A stretch of 64,000 bases of DNA from a virus: positions 1 to 64,000 of the IMG/VR virus record IMGVR_UViG_3300022555_000024. One strand, 5' to 3'. Position numbers and translations under genes: made by a program. Shown one piece after another: positions 39,608 to 49,416 of the stretch (positions are counted from its first letter, which is position 1; each line of letters begins with the position of its first letter). Below the pieces are notes generated by a model that worked only from the letters and a program-made list of their open reading frames with translations, was not told where the DNA came from and made no database searches.

Positions 39608-40691
39608 GAGAAAATTAGCAACAGTAAGAAGAATTTTAGAAATCAATCCCATCGAAGGTGCAGATTCTATTGAGGTCGTTACCGTCGATGGATGGAAGGT
39701 CGTCTCGCAAAAAGGATTATACCAGCCAGGCGATCTTGTAATTTATTTAGAGGTAGATTCCTGGGTTCCCACAGAGATAGCATCTTTTCTTTCAAAGGGA
39801 AAAGAACCGCGTGAATATAATGGTGTTAAAGGAGAAAGACTAAGAACAATTAAATTGAGAGGACAAATTTCTCAGGGTCTTTTGCTTCCACTTACATGCA
39901 TTAAAAATTATTCTCTTGATGTATTACATGGACCGTATCCTGTTCTTGATTTATTGGATGATTTAATTGCAGTATTAGGTAAAACACAAGGAGAAGAAGA
40001 AATAACAAAATTAGATTTTACTGATCTTTTGGGTATTCTTAAATATGAAGCACCTATTCCAGCATGTCTAGCAGGTGAGGTTATTGGTATGTTTCCTTCT
40101 TTTATTCCACGGACAGACGAAGAAAGATGTCAAAATCTTACTAATGAATGGGATAATCTGAAGAAATTATCATATATTGTTACGGAAAAGCTCGACGGCA
40201 CATCTTGTACCATCTATAAAAACAATGACTATTTTGGTGTATGTTCAAGAAATCTTGACTTGAAGGAAATAGAAGGTAATACTCTTTGGTCTATTGCTAG
40301 AAGATATTCTTTAGAAGAAAAATTTAAGAATATTGGAAGAAATATAGCCATTCAGGGTGAAGTGATTGGTGAAGGTATTCAAAAAAATCCATACAAAATT
40401 AAAGGTCAAGATATTTATATATTTAATGGATATGATATTGATAAACAAAAATATCTTTCTGTGAATGAATTGGATGATATATGTCAAATTTTTGAACTTA
40501 AACAAGTACCGTTCATAGATATGTTGAATAGTATTGAATTACTTACAATAGAAAATATTTTATCTTTAGCTGATGGTAAATCTATATTGAACTCCAATAT
40601 AAATCGTGAAGGTATTATTTTTAAGACTTTAAAGAGAGAGAAGTCATTCAAGGCAATCTCAAACATCTTTCTTGTTAAGGAGAAAGATTAA
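39600..40691 (+). CDS. RNA ligase, DRB0094 family
   Basis: RKLATVRRI, PIEGADSIE, LRGQISQG, TEKLDGTS, REGIIFK, SFKAISN. Confidence 0.92.
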   Translation: MSERKLATVRRILEINPIEGADSIEVVTVDGWKVVSQKGLYQPGDLVIYLEVDSWVPTEIASFLSKGKEPREYNGVKGERLRTIKLRGQISQGLLLPLTCIKNYSLDVLHGPYPVLDLLDDLIAVLGKTQGEEEITKLDFTDLLGILKYEAPIPACLAGEVIGMFPSFIPRTDEERCQNLTNEWDNLKKLSYIVTEKLDGTSCTIYKNNDYFGVCSRNLDLKEIEGNTLWSIARRYSLEEKFKNIGRNIAIQGEVIGEGIQKNPYKIKGQDIYIFNGYDIDKQKYLSVNELDDICQIFELKQVPFIDMLNSIELLTIENILSLADGKSILNSNINREGIIFKTLKREKSFKAISNIFLVKEKD

Positions 40692-40816
40692 CGAATATAA
40701 AAAGAGAAAATTCTTTTTAGAAATTTTTGTTTAGTATGATGTACTATAAATATACAATAATATTTCTATATTAATACTATGTTTATTTTTACATCATATT
40801 TAAACCATAAAATAGA

Positions 40817-41812
40817 ATGTCAAGTGAAAAAGAATTTAAAGTATTTGATCCAACAGTTGAAAATCAAGAACCTCAAAGAACATCAGCTGAACAACAGGAA
40901 GCCCAATTAAAATCCCAAAAAGAATATTTAGATTTATTGTCATTAAGACTTAAAGGTAAGTCTTTGATGGTTGCGACTCCGATGTTTGGGGGTCAATGTC
41001 TAGGCTCTTATACAAAGTCATGTATAGATCTTGCAATGATTTGTATGAAAATAGGATTGCCTATAAAATTTAAATATCTCTTCAATGAATCACTGATACA
41101 AAGAGCAAGAAATTATCTTGTTGACGAATTTTATCGTTCGGATTCTACACATCTTCTTTTCATAGATGCAGATATCACTTTCGATGCTAGGGATGCTATT
41201 GCATTACTATCTCTATGTGGTATTCAAGAACCAGGAAAACCTAAATATGATATTATAGGTGCTCCATATCCAAAAAAATCTATAGCATGGGAAAAGGTTT
41301 ATGATGCAGCCAAATCGGGTATAGTAGATGGGAATCCGATGGAACTTGGAAACTTTGTTGGCGATTTTGTATTTAATCCAATAACTTCAGAGAATAGCTC
41401 TTTCAAATTAAATGAACCTTTAGAAGTTATGGAAACGGGTACTGGTTTCATGTGTATTTCTAAAGAAGCTATAGAGACATTTAGGAAGAAATATCCAAAA
41501 CAGAAGTACATACCAGACCATGCAAGAACCGCTAATTTTGATGGTTCAAGACCTGTTTATGCAATATTTGATTGTGGAATAGATCCAGAAACAGGTCGGT
41601 ATTTGAGTGAAGATTATCAATTTTGTAAGATGTCTAGGAAAATCGGCTTACATATATGGATTACACCATGGATTTCATTAGGTCATACAGGGACGTATAC
41701 TTTTGGAGGGTCAATTGCTCATCATGCACAATTAGGTAAGCCTATAAATCCTTCAGGAATCGATCCAAGTCATAACGATTCTGTAAAAGCCCATATGAAT
41801 AAAGGAAAGTGA
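40817..41812 (+). CDS. Glycosyltransferase-like protein (GT-A fold)
   Basis: ATPMFGGQC, NESLIQRARN, LFIDADI, GTGFM, YLSEDY; TATAAATA at 40745. Confidence 0.75.
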   Translation: MSSEKEFKVFDPTVENQEPQRTSAEQQEAQLKSQKEYLDLLSLRLKGKSLMVATPMFGGQCLGSYTKSCIDLAMICMKIGLPIKFKYLFNESLIQRARNYLVDEFYRSDSTHLLFIDADITFDARDAIALLSLCGIQEPGKPKYDIIGAPYPKKSIAWEKVYDAAKSGIVDGNPMELGNFVGDFVFNPITSENSSFKLNEPLEVMETGTGFMCISKEAIETFRKKYPKQKYIPDHARTANFDGSRPVYAIFDCGIDPETGRYLSEDYQFCKMSRKIGLHIWITPWISLGHTGTYTFGGSIAHHAQLGKPINPSGIDPSHNDSVKAHMNKGK

Positions 41813-41869
41813 ATTATTTTATAAAAGTCAAATATTTTGCTATATTTATTATAAACAGTTAATGATACT

Positions 41870-42538
41870 ATGAAGATTTCAAAACAAACACTTGATATTT
41901 TAAAAAACTTCTCTATTATTAATCAGTCTATGTTAATTAGACCTGGTAATACTCAAAGAACAATACGAATCCCTCAAAGAAATGTTTTAGCAGAAGCTTT
42001 TTTATCAGAAGAATTTCCTGTAGAATGCGGAATATACGAATTACCAAAATTTCTGGCTGCAATAACTCTTTTTGAAGAACCTGAATTAGAATTTGGTTCA
42101 TGTTATGTAGATATAAATGATACTAATTCAGAAAATAAAATAAGATATTATTATGCAGCAGCTAATCTTTTTAAAGATACCCAACCACCAGACAAAAGAT
42201 TTGTTTTAGATGAAGTAATGGATGAATTTACTTTAGACAATTCATCCCTTACAAAATTAAACAAAGCTGCTATGATTATGTCTATACCAGATTTTGTTAT
42301 TAATAGAAAAGATAATAAGAGAACAATTTCAGTGTGTAATATTAAAAGTAAAAGTTCCAATACATTTACAGTAACTCAAAAGTCAGATATTAAGGGTGAT
42401 TATAATGTGATTCTTAATAATGATAATCTGAAATGTATACCTGATTCTTATGCTGTTACAGTTGGAATAAGAAAAGGAATAACTATATGTCAATTTTCGA
42501 GTAACAATATTACTTATTGGTTCGGTCCTGAAATTTAA
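41870..42538 (+). CDS. gp45: Sliding clamp gp45
   Basis: MKISKQTLDILKNFSIINQS, GIYELPKFL. Confidence 0.92.
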   Translation: MKISKQTLDILKNFSIINQSMLIRPGNTQRTIRIPQRNVLAEAFLSEEFPVECGIYELPKFLAAITLFEEPELEFGSCYVDINDTNSENKIRYYYAAANLFKDTQPPDKRFVLDEVMDEFTLDNSSLTKLNKAAMIMSIPDFVINRKDNKRTISVCNIKSKSSNTFTVTQKSDIKGDYNVILNNDNLKCIPDSYAVTVGIRKGITICQFSSNNITYWFGPEI

Positions 42539-42788
42539 AATTATATATTATGAAATTTTTTGAATATTTTGGAAACCCAGAACAATACCCAATGGGTTTG
42601 AAAGCAATATTGAATGTTTATGACGATAGACACGCTGCAGATGACTAAAAATATGATAGAGTTAATACCTCTCTGAACAAAATAACAAAATTTACTCGAC
42701 ATCCTCAAATTTTGTGTTATTAGAACCTTTTGGTGAAATGGCTAAGAATAATGTTTTATAATTAAAAATAAATAAAGGTTATTAAATC

Positions 42789-43730
42789 ATGGAAGAATTC
42801 TTGTGGGTAGAAAAATATAGACCCAAGTTAGTAAAAGATATCATATTACCTACTTCTATAAAATCTCAATTCGAATCGTTTATAGAAGTAGGTAATATTC
42901 CTACACTTTTGTTAGCAGGACCTTCTGGTTGTGGAAAAACTACAGCAGCTCGTGCTATGTTAGAAGAACTTGGAAACGATTACATTGTAATTAATGGTTC
43001 TATGGATGCTAATATTCAAAATCTACGAGGAGATATAAGAGACTTTGCTAGTAGTATGAGTTTTAATGGAGGTAGAAAATATGTTTTGTTAGATGAGGCT
43101 GATCAATTGTTAAGTACAGGAGTCTCTCCAGTGCAACAAGCTCTTAGAAATTTTACAGAAGAATATTCTTCTAATTGTGGTTTTATTCTTACCTGTAATT
43201 TCCCAGAAAAAATAATCGATGCTCTTCATTCTAGATGTACTAGAATAGATTTTAAGATATCAAAATCAGAATCGGCTAAATTGGCAGGACAGTTTTTATC
43301 TAGAGTAAAGATGATTTTAGACGCCGAAAATGTTACTTATGATGTTAAGGTTTTGGTGGAATATATAACATTATATTTTCCAGATTGGAGAAAAATCCTT
43401 AATGAACTTCAGGGATATGGAATGTCAGGTAGGATAGATACTGGAATTCTTGCAACAGTTTCTGATGCAGAAATAAAAAATTTAGTTTCGCTCTTAAAAC
43501 AAAAAAATTTTAAAGGAATGAGAACTTGGGTCGCTAAAAGTGACATAAATCATTCTTTATTATGCAGAAGACTCTTTGATTTATCGTATGAATTTATTTT
43601 ACCAGAATCTATTCCTCCTTTGGTAATCATTTTAGCAGACTATTCTTACAAAAATTGTTTCTCTATAGATGAAGAAATAAATACTGTTGCGATGTTAACA
43701 TCTATAATGGCAGAGATTAATTTTATTTAG
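42789..43730 (+). CDS. gp44: Clamp loader large subunit gp44
   Basis: LWVEKYRP, GPSGCGKT, LDEAD, LHSRC. Confidence 0.96.
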   Translation: MEEFLWVEKYRPKLVKDIILPTSIKSQFESFIEVGNIPTLLLAGPSGCGKTTAARAMLEELGNDYIVINGSMDANIQNLRGDIRDFASSMSFNGGRKYVLLDEADQLLSTGVSPVQQALRNFTEEYSSNCGFILTCNFPEKIIDALHSRCTRIDFKISKSESAKLAGQFLSRVKMILDAENVTYDVKVLVEYITLYFPDWRKILNELQGYGMSGRIDTGILATVSDAEIKNLVSLLKQKNFKGMRTWVAKSDINHSLLCRRLFDLSYEFILPESIPPLVIILADYSYKNCFSIDEEINTVAMLTSIMAEINFI

Positions 43731-43763
43731 AATTCGAATAACTATAAATAATTATACTAGATA

Positions 43764-44159
43764 ATGATAAGCCCATTTGATTTCTTAAATGAAATAAATT
43801 ATGGAAAACATAATATTATGCGAGGTACTACAAATACCGATGCTATAGAAAAAATGTATTCCCCTTTTATTGCAAATAAAACCCTAAGCTATTTCGCTGA
43901 TACTATTCTCTTTGCAAATGAGATGAATATTAGAGTTATTGATAACAGTATGCAATTTGCATATTTATTGAATGTTGTTAGGCAAAAGAAAAGATACACA
44001 AAATGGGAAAAACGTGAAAAATCGGATAAAATATCACTCATACAAAAGCATTATAAATATTCTTATAAGAAGGCTAAAGATGTTGTGAAACTTTTATCGG
44101 ATGATCAATTTAAACTAATTTCAAACCTGTATTACGAGGGCGGACAAAATGGACATTGA
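43764..44159 (+). CDS. gp62: Clamp loader small subunit gp62
   Basis: YSPFIANKTLSYFADTILFANEMN. Confidence 0.9.
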   Translation: MISPFDFLNEINYGKHNIMRGTTNTDAIEKMYSPFIANKTLSYFADTILFANEMNIRVIDNSMQFAYLLNVVRQKKRYTKWEKREKSDKISLIQKHYKYSYKKAKDVVKLLSDDQFKLISNLYYEGGQNGH

Positions 44160-44583
44160 AGAAATTATAGAAAATTTGGTAGAGGTAGAATTGATTTTAC
44201 CCGACAATTTTCTAAAAATTAAGGAATCTTTAACACGTATTGGCGTATCGTCGAAGCACAAAAAAACTCTTTACCAAAGCTGTCATATTTTGCATAAACG
44301 TGGTAAATATTACATCGTAAACTTTAAAGAGTTATTTAAATTAGATGGAAAACCATCTAATATTGATGAAACGGATATTAGACGTAGAAATACTATAGTT
44401 AGACTTCTTTCTGATTGGAAATTATTATCGGTAGTTAGACCAGATCAAATACAAGATCAATTGCCAATGAATCAAATTAAAGTATTAAGTTTTAAAGAAA
44501 AAGGAGAATGGGAACTTATAGAAAAATATTCTATTGGGAAATTTCATTCTAATAAGGAAGAAGATAACTGGAATAAAATTTAA
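44149..44583 (+). CDS. regA: Translational repressor RegA
   Basis: FLKIKESLTRIG, LYQSCHILHKRGKYYIV. Confidence 0.95.
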   Translation: MDIEEIIENLVEVELILPDNFLKIKESLTRIGVSSKHKKTLYQSCHILHKRGKYYIVNFKELFKLDGKPSNIDETDIRRRNTIVRLLSDWKLLSVVRPDQIQDQLPMNQIKVLSFKEKGEWELIEKYSIGKFHSNKEEDNWNKI

Positions 44584-44587
44584 AAAT

Positions 44588-45178
44588 ATGAAAATTAACA
44601 TTATTAAAGCAGGAATGAGAATAGATCCTTATACGTTTCAACCAGCTTTTCATGCGGAATTTGAGTGGCCTTTAGAACTTGTTCAAAAATTAGATGGACC
44701 TTCAAAGGGAACAGACGAATATTATATTATAATTGGTAAATCTATTATGGATGCAATCGATTCCTACGAAGCACCTATTCTTACTTGGAAAATTCCTTTT
44801 ACAGAAAAAGAATTAAAAGATGAGTTGGAATTAAATGGAATTAAAGTTTGGGATAACATGACAGAGCCAGTTACTTTTCCTCATTTTAATGGAGTTATTT
44901 ATGATATGTTAGATCCAATTATTGCACATACAATAAAAATAGATAATGGTTCGTCTCTATCTGATATTGTTGAAACTATCAAATCTTCTGGAAAAAACTT
45001 TTCACTTTATAAACTATTAATTCCTCATTATCATAAGAAAAGTAAAAATTATATATGCGTTTCTGATGAAGAATATGATGCTATGCAAGATTTATCAAAT
45101 AATACAATTGGTAATTTTTATAATCAGCAAATACATGATTATGATTTATTTGGAAAAATTAGATTTTCTTCTTGGTAA
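44588..45178 (+). CDS. Hypothetical protein
   Basis: ORF track; start taken at ATG 44588. Confidence 0.55.
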   Translation: MKINIIKAGMRIDPYTFQPAFHAEFEWPLELVQKLDGPSKGTDEYYIIIGKSIMDAIDSYEAPILTWKIPFTEKELKDELELNGIKVWDNMTEPVTFPHFNGVIYDMLDPIIAHTIKIDNGSSLSDIVETIKSSGKNFSLYKLLIPHYHKKSKNYICVSDEEYDAMQDLSNNTIGNFYNQQIHDYDLFGKIRFSSW

Positions 45179-45183
45179 TTTTA

Positions 45184-45300
45184 TATAAATATATTTTAGA
45201 TACACGGAGTGCTGCTTGCAGACTCCGAATTAACAAACAACAGGAATCGCCTTATAGGGATTCTATATTTACAAACTCTAGCCTAAAAGGGGAGAGACTT
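45184..45300 (+). promoter_or_regulatory. Late promoter and structured 5' leader of hsp20
   Basis: TATAAATA at 45184; stems CGGAGT/ACTCCG, GAATC..CC/GGGATTC and CTCT..CC/GGGGAGAG, the last covering the SD. Confidence 0.55.
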
Positions 45301-45855
45301 ATGACACGCATCTCAGAACGAACACTCACAACATTCGAAGAATTGGACAGACTAAATAAAGCATTCAGTCCGTTTTCAATTGGATTATTCGATAACCTTA
45401 TCAACAAATCATCAAATCGATTCATTGAATTTCAGAAACCTATTGGTTTTCCACCATATAATATACTGAAAAAAGATGATGTTTACAATATTGTTATTGC
45501 TATAGCCGGTTTTACAAAGGAAGCAATAGAAATAGAGTATTTTGATAAGACGTTGACAGTTAAAGGTAATTCAGAACAGGAACATAATGACGATGTTGAA
45601 GTAGTCTACAATGGTATTGCTAATCGAGCATTTACAAGAACATTTACATTAGCAGATAATATCGAAGTAACAGGAGCTGATCTAAAAAATGGGCTTTTAA
45701 CTATAACATGTCGTCAATGGATACCAGAGAGACTTCAAAAAAGACAAATTCTTATCAATCAAACCAACACAGATCCTGTCACTGGAGGTGATTTAGCGGG
45801 ATCTAAAACAGATTCAATAAAAGGTGACTCGAAACAGTTATTATGTGAATCTTAA
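45301..45855 (+). CDS. Small heat-shock protein Hsp20
   Basis: FPPYNI, IAIAGF, GIANRAFTRTFTLAD, NGLL. Confidence 0.92.
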   Translation: MTRISERTLTTFEELDRLNKAFSPFSIGLFDNLINKSSNRFIEFQKPIGFPPYNILKKDDVYNIVIAIAGFTKEAIEIEYFDKTLTVKGNSEQEHNDDVEVVYNGIANRAFTRTFTLADNIEVTGADLKNGLLTITCRQWIPERLQKRQILINQTNTDPVTGGDLAGSKTDSIKGDSKQLLCES

Positions 45856-45865
45856 ACATATCTAG

Positions 45866-45940
45866 TGGGAAGAGACAAGAGGAAAATTGCTGATTCGACA
45901 CGGATCATACGCAGTTTTACTCCTCTTCCCATTTTTATTT
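45866..45940 (+). terminator. Long hairpin terminator after hsp20
   Basis: TGGGAAGAG...CTCTTCCCA with nested AAAATTGC/GCAGTTTT, then a T-rich run. Confidence 0.65.
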
Positions 45941-45989
45941 TACAACTTCATTGCTATATTATTAACATAATGAAAATTAAGAATTACTA

Positions 45990-47462
45990 ATGGGTTTCTT
46001 TTATACAAATTCACAATATCATAGAGGTTCTATTTATGTTCGTGGTTACGACACAAATGGAAAATATGTTTCTAAAAAAGTTGATTACCAGCCAACAATA
46101 TTTGTACCTACAAATAAAATAGAAGAATCAGATGGTTGGAGAACTATTTACGGAGATCCAGTAAAGCCCGTAAAAATGCGTTCTGTATTTGATATGAAAG
46201 AATATGTGAATGGATTAGATAATATTTGTGGACTTATAGATACTCGTGATCAAAAATATGCATTTATCAACGACATCATCCCTGGTGAAGTTGAACATAA
46301 AATGGATCTCATAAAGACTTTAATATTTGATATAGAAATAGAAACAGAAGGTGGTCATGAGGATATTAAAAAATTAGTTTGGGGAAATCCTCATCAGAAA
46401 ATAAATGCAATCTGTGTGTGGATAAATAATATAGAATATGTTTCTTGGGGACTCGGTAAGTTTGAAGCAGAAAGAGAAGATCATGAATATAGAGAATTTA
46501 CCGATGAATTAGAAATGTTGCATGACTTTTTTAAGTTTGTTCAACACGAAAAACCGGATATCATATCGGGATGGAATATTAATGGATTTGATATTCCATA
46601 TTTATTCAATAGAGTTTCATTTTTAGGTAAAAGAGAATATGCAAATTTAATGTCTCCTTGGAGACATGCACCAGAATTAGTAGGAAATGAAATTCAACAG
46701 TATACTATTCCAGGAATTGCTATTTTAGATTATATGGAGACATATAAGAAATTTAATATGACGCCTAGAGAATCATATTCTCTTAATAATATTTGTTATG
46801 AAGAACTTGGAGAGAAAAAACTAGACTATTCCGAATTCGATTCTCTCATGGACCTTTATAAAAAAGATTGGAAAACTTTTATTAGATACAATTTACGTGA
46901 TACAGAATTGGTTAAAAAACTAGATGATAAACTTAAATATTTTGATTTAGTAGTTACATATGCATACCTCGGAAAAGTAAATTACGAGGATGTATTTGGC
47001 ACTGTGAAATATTGGGATATTAAGATATATAATCATCTTTACAAAAAGAAAATAGCAATTCCACCAAAACCTAAAGATACAAGAAAAGAAGAATATCCAG
47101 GTGGTTTTGTAAAAGATCCAATCGTAGGTATGCATAAATGGGTATCAACGTTTGATTTGAATTCGCTATATCCATCTGTACTTATTCAGTGGAACATTTC
47201 TCCAGAAACTTTAATTAATGGAAAACATTCTCAGGTTACTGTAGATTCTATATTAAATAAAGAGTATGATAATTCAGAATTGCTTAAAGAAGATATTACT
47301 TTAGCAGCAAACGGGGTATATTTTTCTAAGAAAAAACAAGGGTTTATTCCAGAAATTCTAGAAGAACTTTACGAGACTAGAACAAAATATAAAAAGAAGA
47401 TGCTTGCAGGTGAAGCTAAATTGCAGAAAGTACTAGAAGAAATAAAAAGAAGAAAATTATAA
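45990..47462 (+). CDS. gp43: Family B DNA polymerase, N-terminal subunit (gp43A)
   Basis: FDIEIE, SGWNINGFDIPY, YNLRD, FDLNSLYPS. Confidence 0.95.
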   Translation: MGFFYTNSQYHRGSIYVRGYDTNGKYVSKKVDYQPTIFVPTNKIEESDGWRTIYGDPVKPVKMRSVFDMKEYVNGLDNICGLIDTRDQKYAFINDIIPGEVEHKMDLIKTLIFDIEIETEGGHEDIKKLVWGNPHQKINAICVWINNIEYVSWGLGKFEAEREDHEYREFTDELEMLHDFFKFVQHEKPDIISGWNINGFDIPYLFNRVSFLGKREYANLMSPWRHAPELVGNEIQQYTIPGIAILDYMETYKKFNMTPRESYSLNNICYEELGEKKLDYSEFDSLMDLYKKDWKTFIRYNLRDTELVKKLDDKLKYFDLVVTYAYLGKVNYEDVFGTVKYWDIKIYNHLYKKKIAIPPKPKDTRKEEYPGGFVKDPIVGMHKWVSTFDLNSLYPSVLIQWNISPETLINGKHSQVTVDSILNKEYDNSELLKEDITLAANGVYFSKKKQGFIPEILEELYETRTKYKKKMLAGEAKLQKVLEEIKRRKL

Positions 47463-48559
47463 TGAAAGCAATAGAGGAGATGAGTGATGAGGAACTTATT
47501 TCATATAAAAAGAATTTGGAAGATGAAATAGGAGCTAATAATTCTACTCAAAATGCGTTAAAGGTAGCTTTGAATATGTTATACGGAGCCCTAGCTAATA
47601 GATATTTTAGGTATTTTGATGTAAGAATGGCTTCTGCAGTAACTTTAACAGGTCAGAGTGTTGTTAAATGGTGCGAAAAGTCTACCAATGAATATATGAA
47701 TAAGGTTTTAAAGACAGATAAAGACTATATTATTGCCATTGATACTGATTCAGTGTTTATAACAATGGAGGATATGATTAATAAATATTTTCCAGATGTA
47801 AATGATACTTCTACTGTTATATCAACAATGCAAAAAATAACAGAAAAGAAAATACTTCCTAATATGGCAAAATCATTTGCCGAGCTTTATGAATATTTGA
47901 ATTGTTATAAACCAAGAATGGTTATCAAATCAGAATCTTTGGCAAGTGCAGGTATATTTTTATGTAGAAAGAAATATGCTCTTATGGTTCATTCTAACGA
48001 AGGAATTGTTTATGCAAAACCAAAAATGAAAGTTAAAGGAATAGAGATAATAAGATCATCTACTCCCGAAATATGTAGATCTTCTCTTAAAGAAGCCGTT
48101 CAAATAATATTTGATTCTGGTGAAAAAGCTGTTCAAGAACATATTAAACAATTTAAGAATAAATTTATATCTAGCGGAGTTAATTCTACATCTTTTCCTA
48201 GAGGAATTAACGAACTTAAAAAATGGATAGATATAAATGGAAATCTTAACAAAGGATGCCCAATACATGTAAGAGGAGCTTTAAACTTCAATAGATATGT
48301 AGATAAATTAGGATTAGATAAGAAGTATGAGCATATTCATGAAGGCGATAAAATAAGATTTACATATCTTAAGATGCCTAATCCTTTAAATTCAAATGTA
48401 ATAGGGTTTGTTTCTTTAATGCCAAAAGAATTTGAGTTAGAGGAGTATATAGATTATGAATTGCAGTTTCAAAAGGCGTTTGTTGCACCTATTTCTAATA
48501 TTCTTGATGCAGTAGGATGGCAAGTAAAACCAAGTGTGAATTTGATAGATTTATTTTAA
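47462..48559 (+). CDS. gp43: Family B DNA polymerase, C-terminal subunit (gp43B)
   Basis: KVALNMLYG, IDTDS, KGIEIIRSSTP, CPIHVRGAL; clamp-binding-like NLIDLF end. Confidence 0.95.
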   Translation: MKAIEEMSDEELISYKKNLEDEIGANNSTQNALKVALNMLYGALANRYFRYFDVRMASAVTLTGQSVVKWCEKSTNEYMNKVLKTDKDYIIAIDTDSVFITMEDMINKYFPDVNDTSTVISTMQKITEKKILPNMAKSFAELYEYLNCYKPRMVIKSESLASAGIFLCRKKYALMVHSNEGIVYAKPKMKVKGIEIIRSSTPEICRSSLKEAVQIIFDSGEKAVQEHIKQFKNKFISSGVNSTSFPRGINELKKWIDINGNLNKGCPIHVRGALNFNRYVDKLGLDKKYEHIHEGDKIRFTYLKMPNPLNSNVIGFVSLMPKEFELEEYIDYELQFQKAFVAPISNILDAVGWQVKPSVNLIDLF

Positions 48560-48578
48560 TTAAAAACGAGGAAAAACA

Positions 48579-48815
48579 ATGGCAATAGTAGAAAAGACAT
48601 CTTATGAGGTAACAGTAAGGATCCCGAACACCAATAGCGAGAAAGGTGTAGAAGTTTTGCCTAATTCTTTAGGCATTGTTTCTGGAAATTTATCTGAATA
48701 TAAGTGGGAAACTTATTTAGTAGTTGGAAGCAGTATTGTCAAAATACTTAAGCATTTTGGCGAAGACAACATAGAAAATATTTCTGTTAGAGGAAAAGGA
48801 ATCTATATTTCATAA
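48579..48815 (+). CDS. Hypothetical protein
   Basis: Leader CGAGGAAAAACAATGGCAATA. Confidence 0.6.
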   Translation: MAIVEKTSYEVTVRIPNTNSEKGVEVLPNSLGIVSGNLSEYKWETYLVVGSSIVKILKHFGEDNIENISVRGKGIYIS

Positions 48816-48841
48816 ATAAATAATTAAACCGAGGAAAAACA

Positions 48842-49030
48842 ATGGCAATAACAATTGAACAAGTAGAATCGAGACTAAAGGAAATTCAAAATGAGGTTGC
48901 AAAAGAGAATCAGACGATCAACAATTTGTCTACAGAGTTTCAACAGTTGCTGGGCTATAAGCAAGCATTGATAGATAATTCAACCGTAGCAGAAGAAAAC
49001 TCATCTGATAAAACTCTTTTAACTGAGTAA
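48842..49030 (+). CDS. Hypothetical coiled-coil protein
   Basis: Same leader CGAGGAAAAACAATGGCAATA as the previous gene. Confidence 0.6.
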   Translation: MAITIEQVESRLKEIQNEVAKENQTINNLSTEFQQLLGYKQALIDNSTVAEENSSDKTLLTE

Positions 49031-49044
49031 CTAGTTGTAATAAT

Positions 49045-49410
49045 GGGGGTGACGGGATTTTGCCAGTCAAATAGTTAAATAGGAGTGCAGTTCGAGTTTC
49101 AGCATGGATGGACTCGTTAAAGAAGTCTATGTAAACAATAAATGCAGACACTTTCGAGTATCGCATGGCTGCTTGATCTTAACAGACAAACACCAAATTT
49201 GATAACTATATAGACGCTGAGTAGTTATCATCTAAAAATATTAGCAGTCGTCTTTGGTCCGAAGTTTCATCTCACCAATGTACTAAATTTGAAACTAGGT
49301 ATATCTCTTCCTGTTTGTGGGAAGTCAATTACCGAACAATAACACAAACATGACTGTAACACTTTTATTTTTCGTTTGGTTGTACGAGGGTTCGACTCCC
49401 TCCACTTCCA
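49045..49410 (+). ncRNA. ssrA: tmRNA; tag (A)ADTFEYRMAA*
   Basis: Acceptor GGGGGTG/CACTTCC-A with G3.U; T-arm GAGGG-TTCGACT-CCCTC; ATAAAT precedes resume codon GCA at 49144; stop at 49174-49176. Confidence 0.92.
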
Positions 49411-49416
49411 CAAAAT

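Noticed and set aside
42550-42780. Short ORF and spacer between gp45 and gp44
   Set aside because: Only a ~32-codon ORF with no recognisable motif or structure.
45172-45300. N-terminal extension of Hsp20 from TTG 45172
   Set aside because: It overlaps the late promoter and leader; ATG 45301 with an SD is the better start. The same reasoning applies to the long starts at 13637, 36761, 50726, 61024 and 62961.
48930-49166. Minus-strand 78-aa ORF
   Set aside because: Antisense to the tmRNA and the upstream gene; no recognisable motif.
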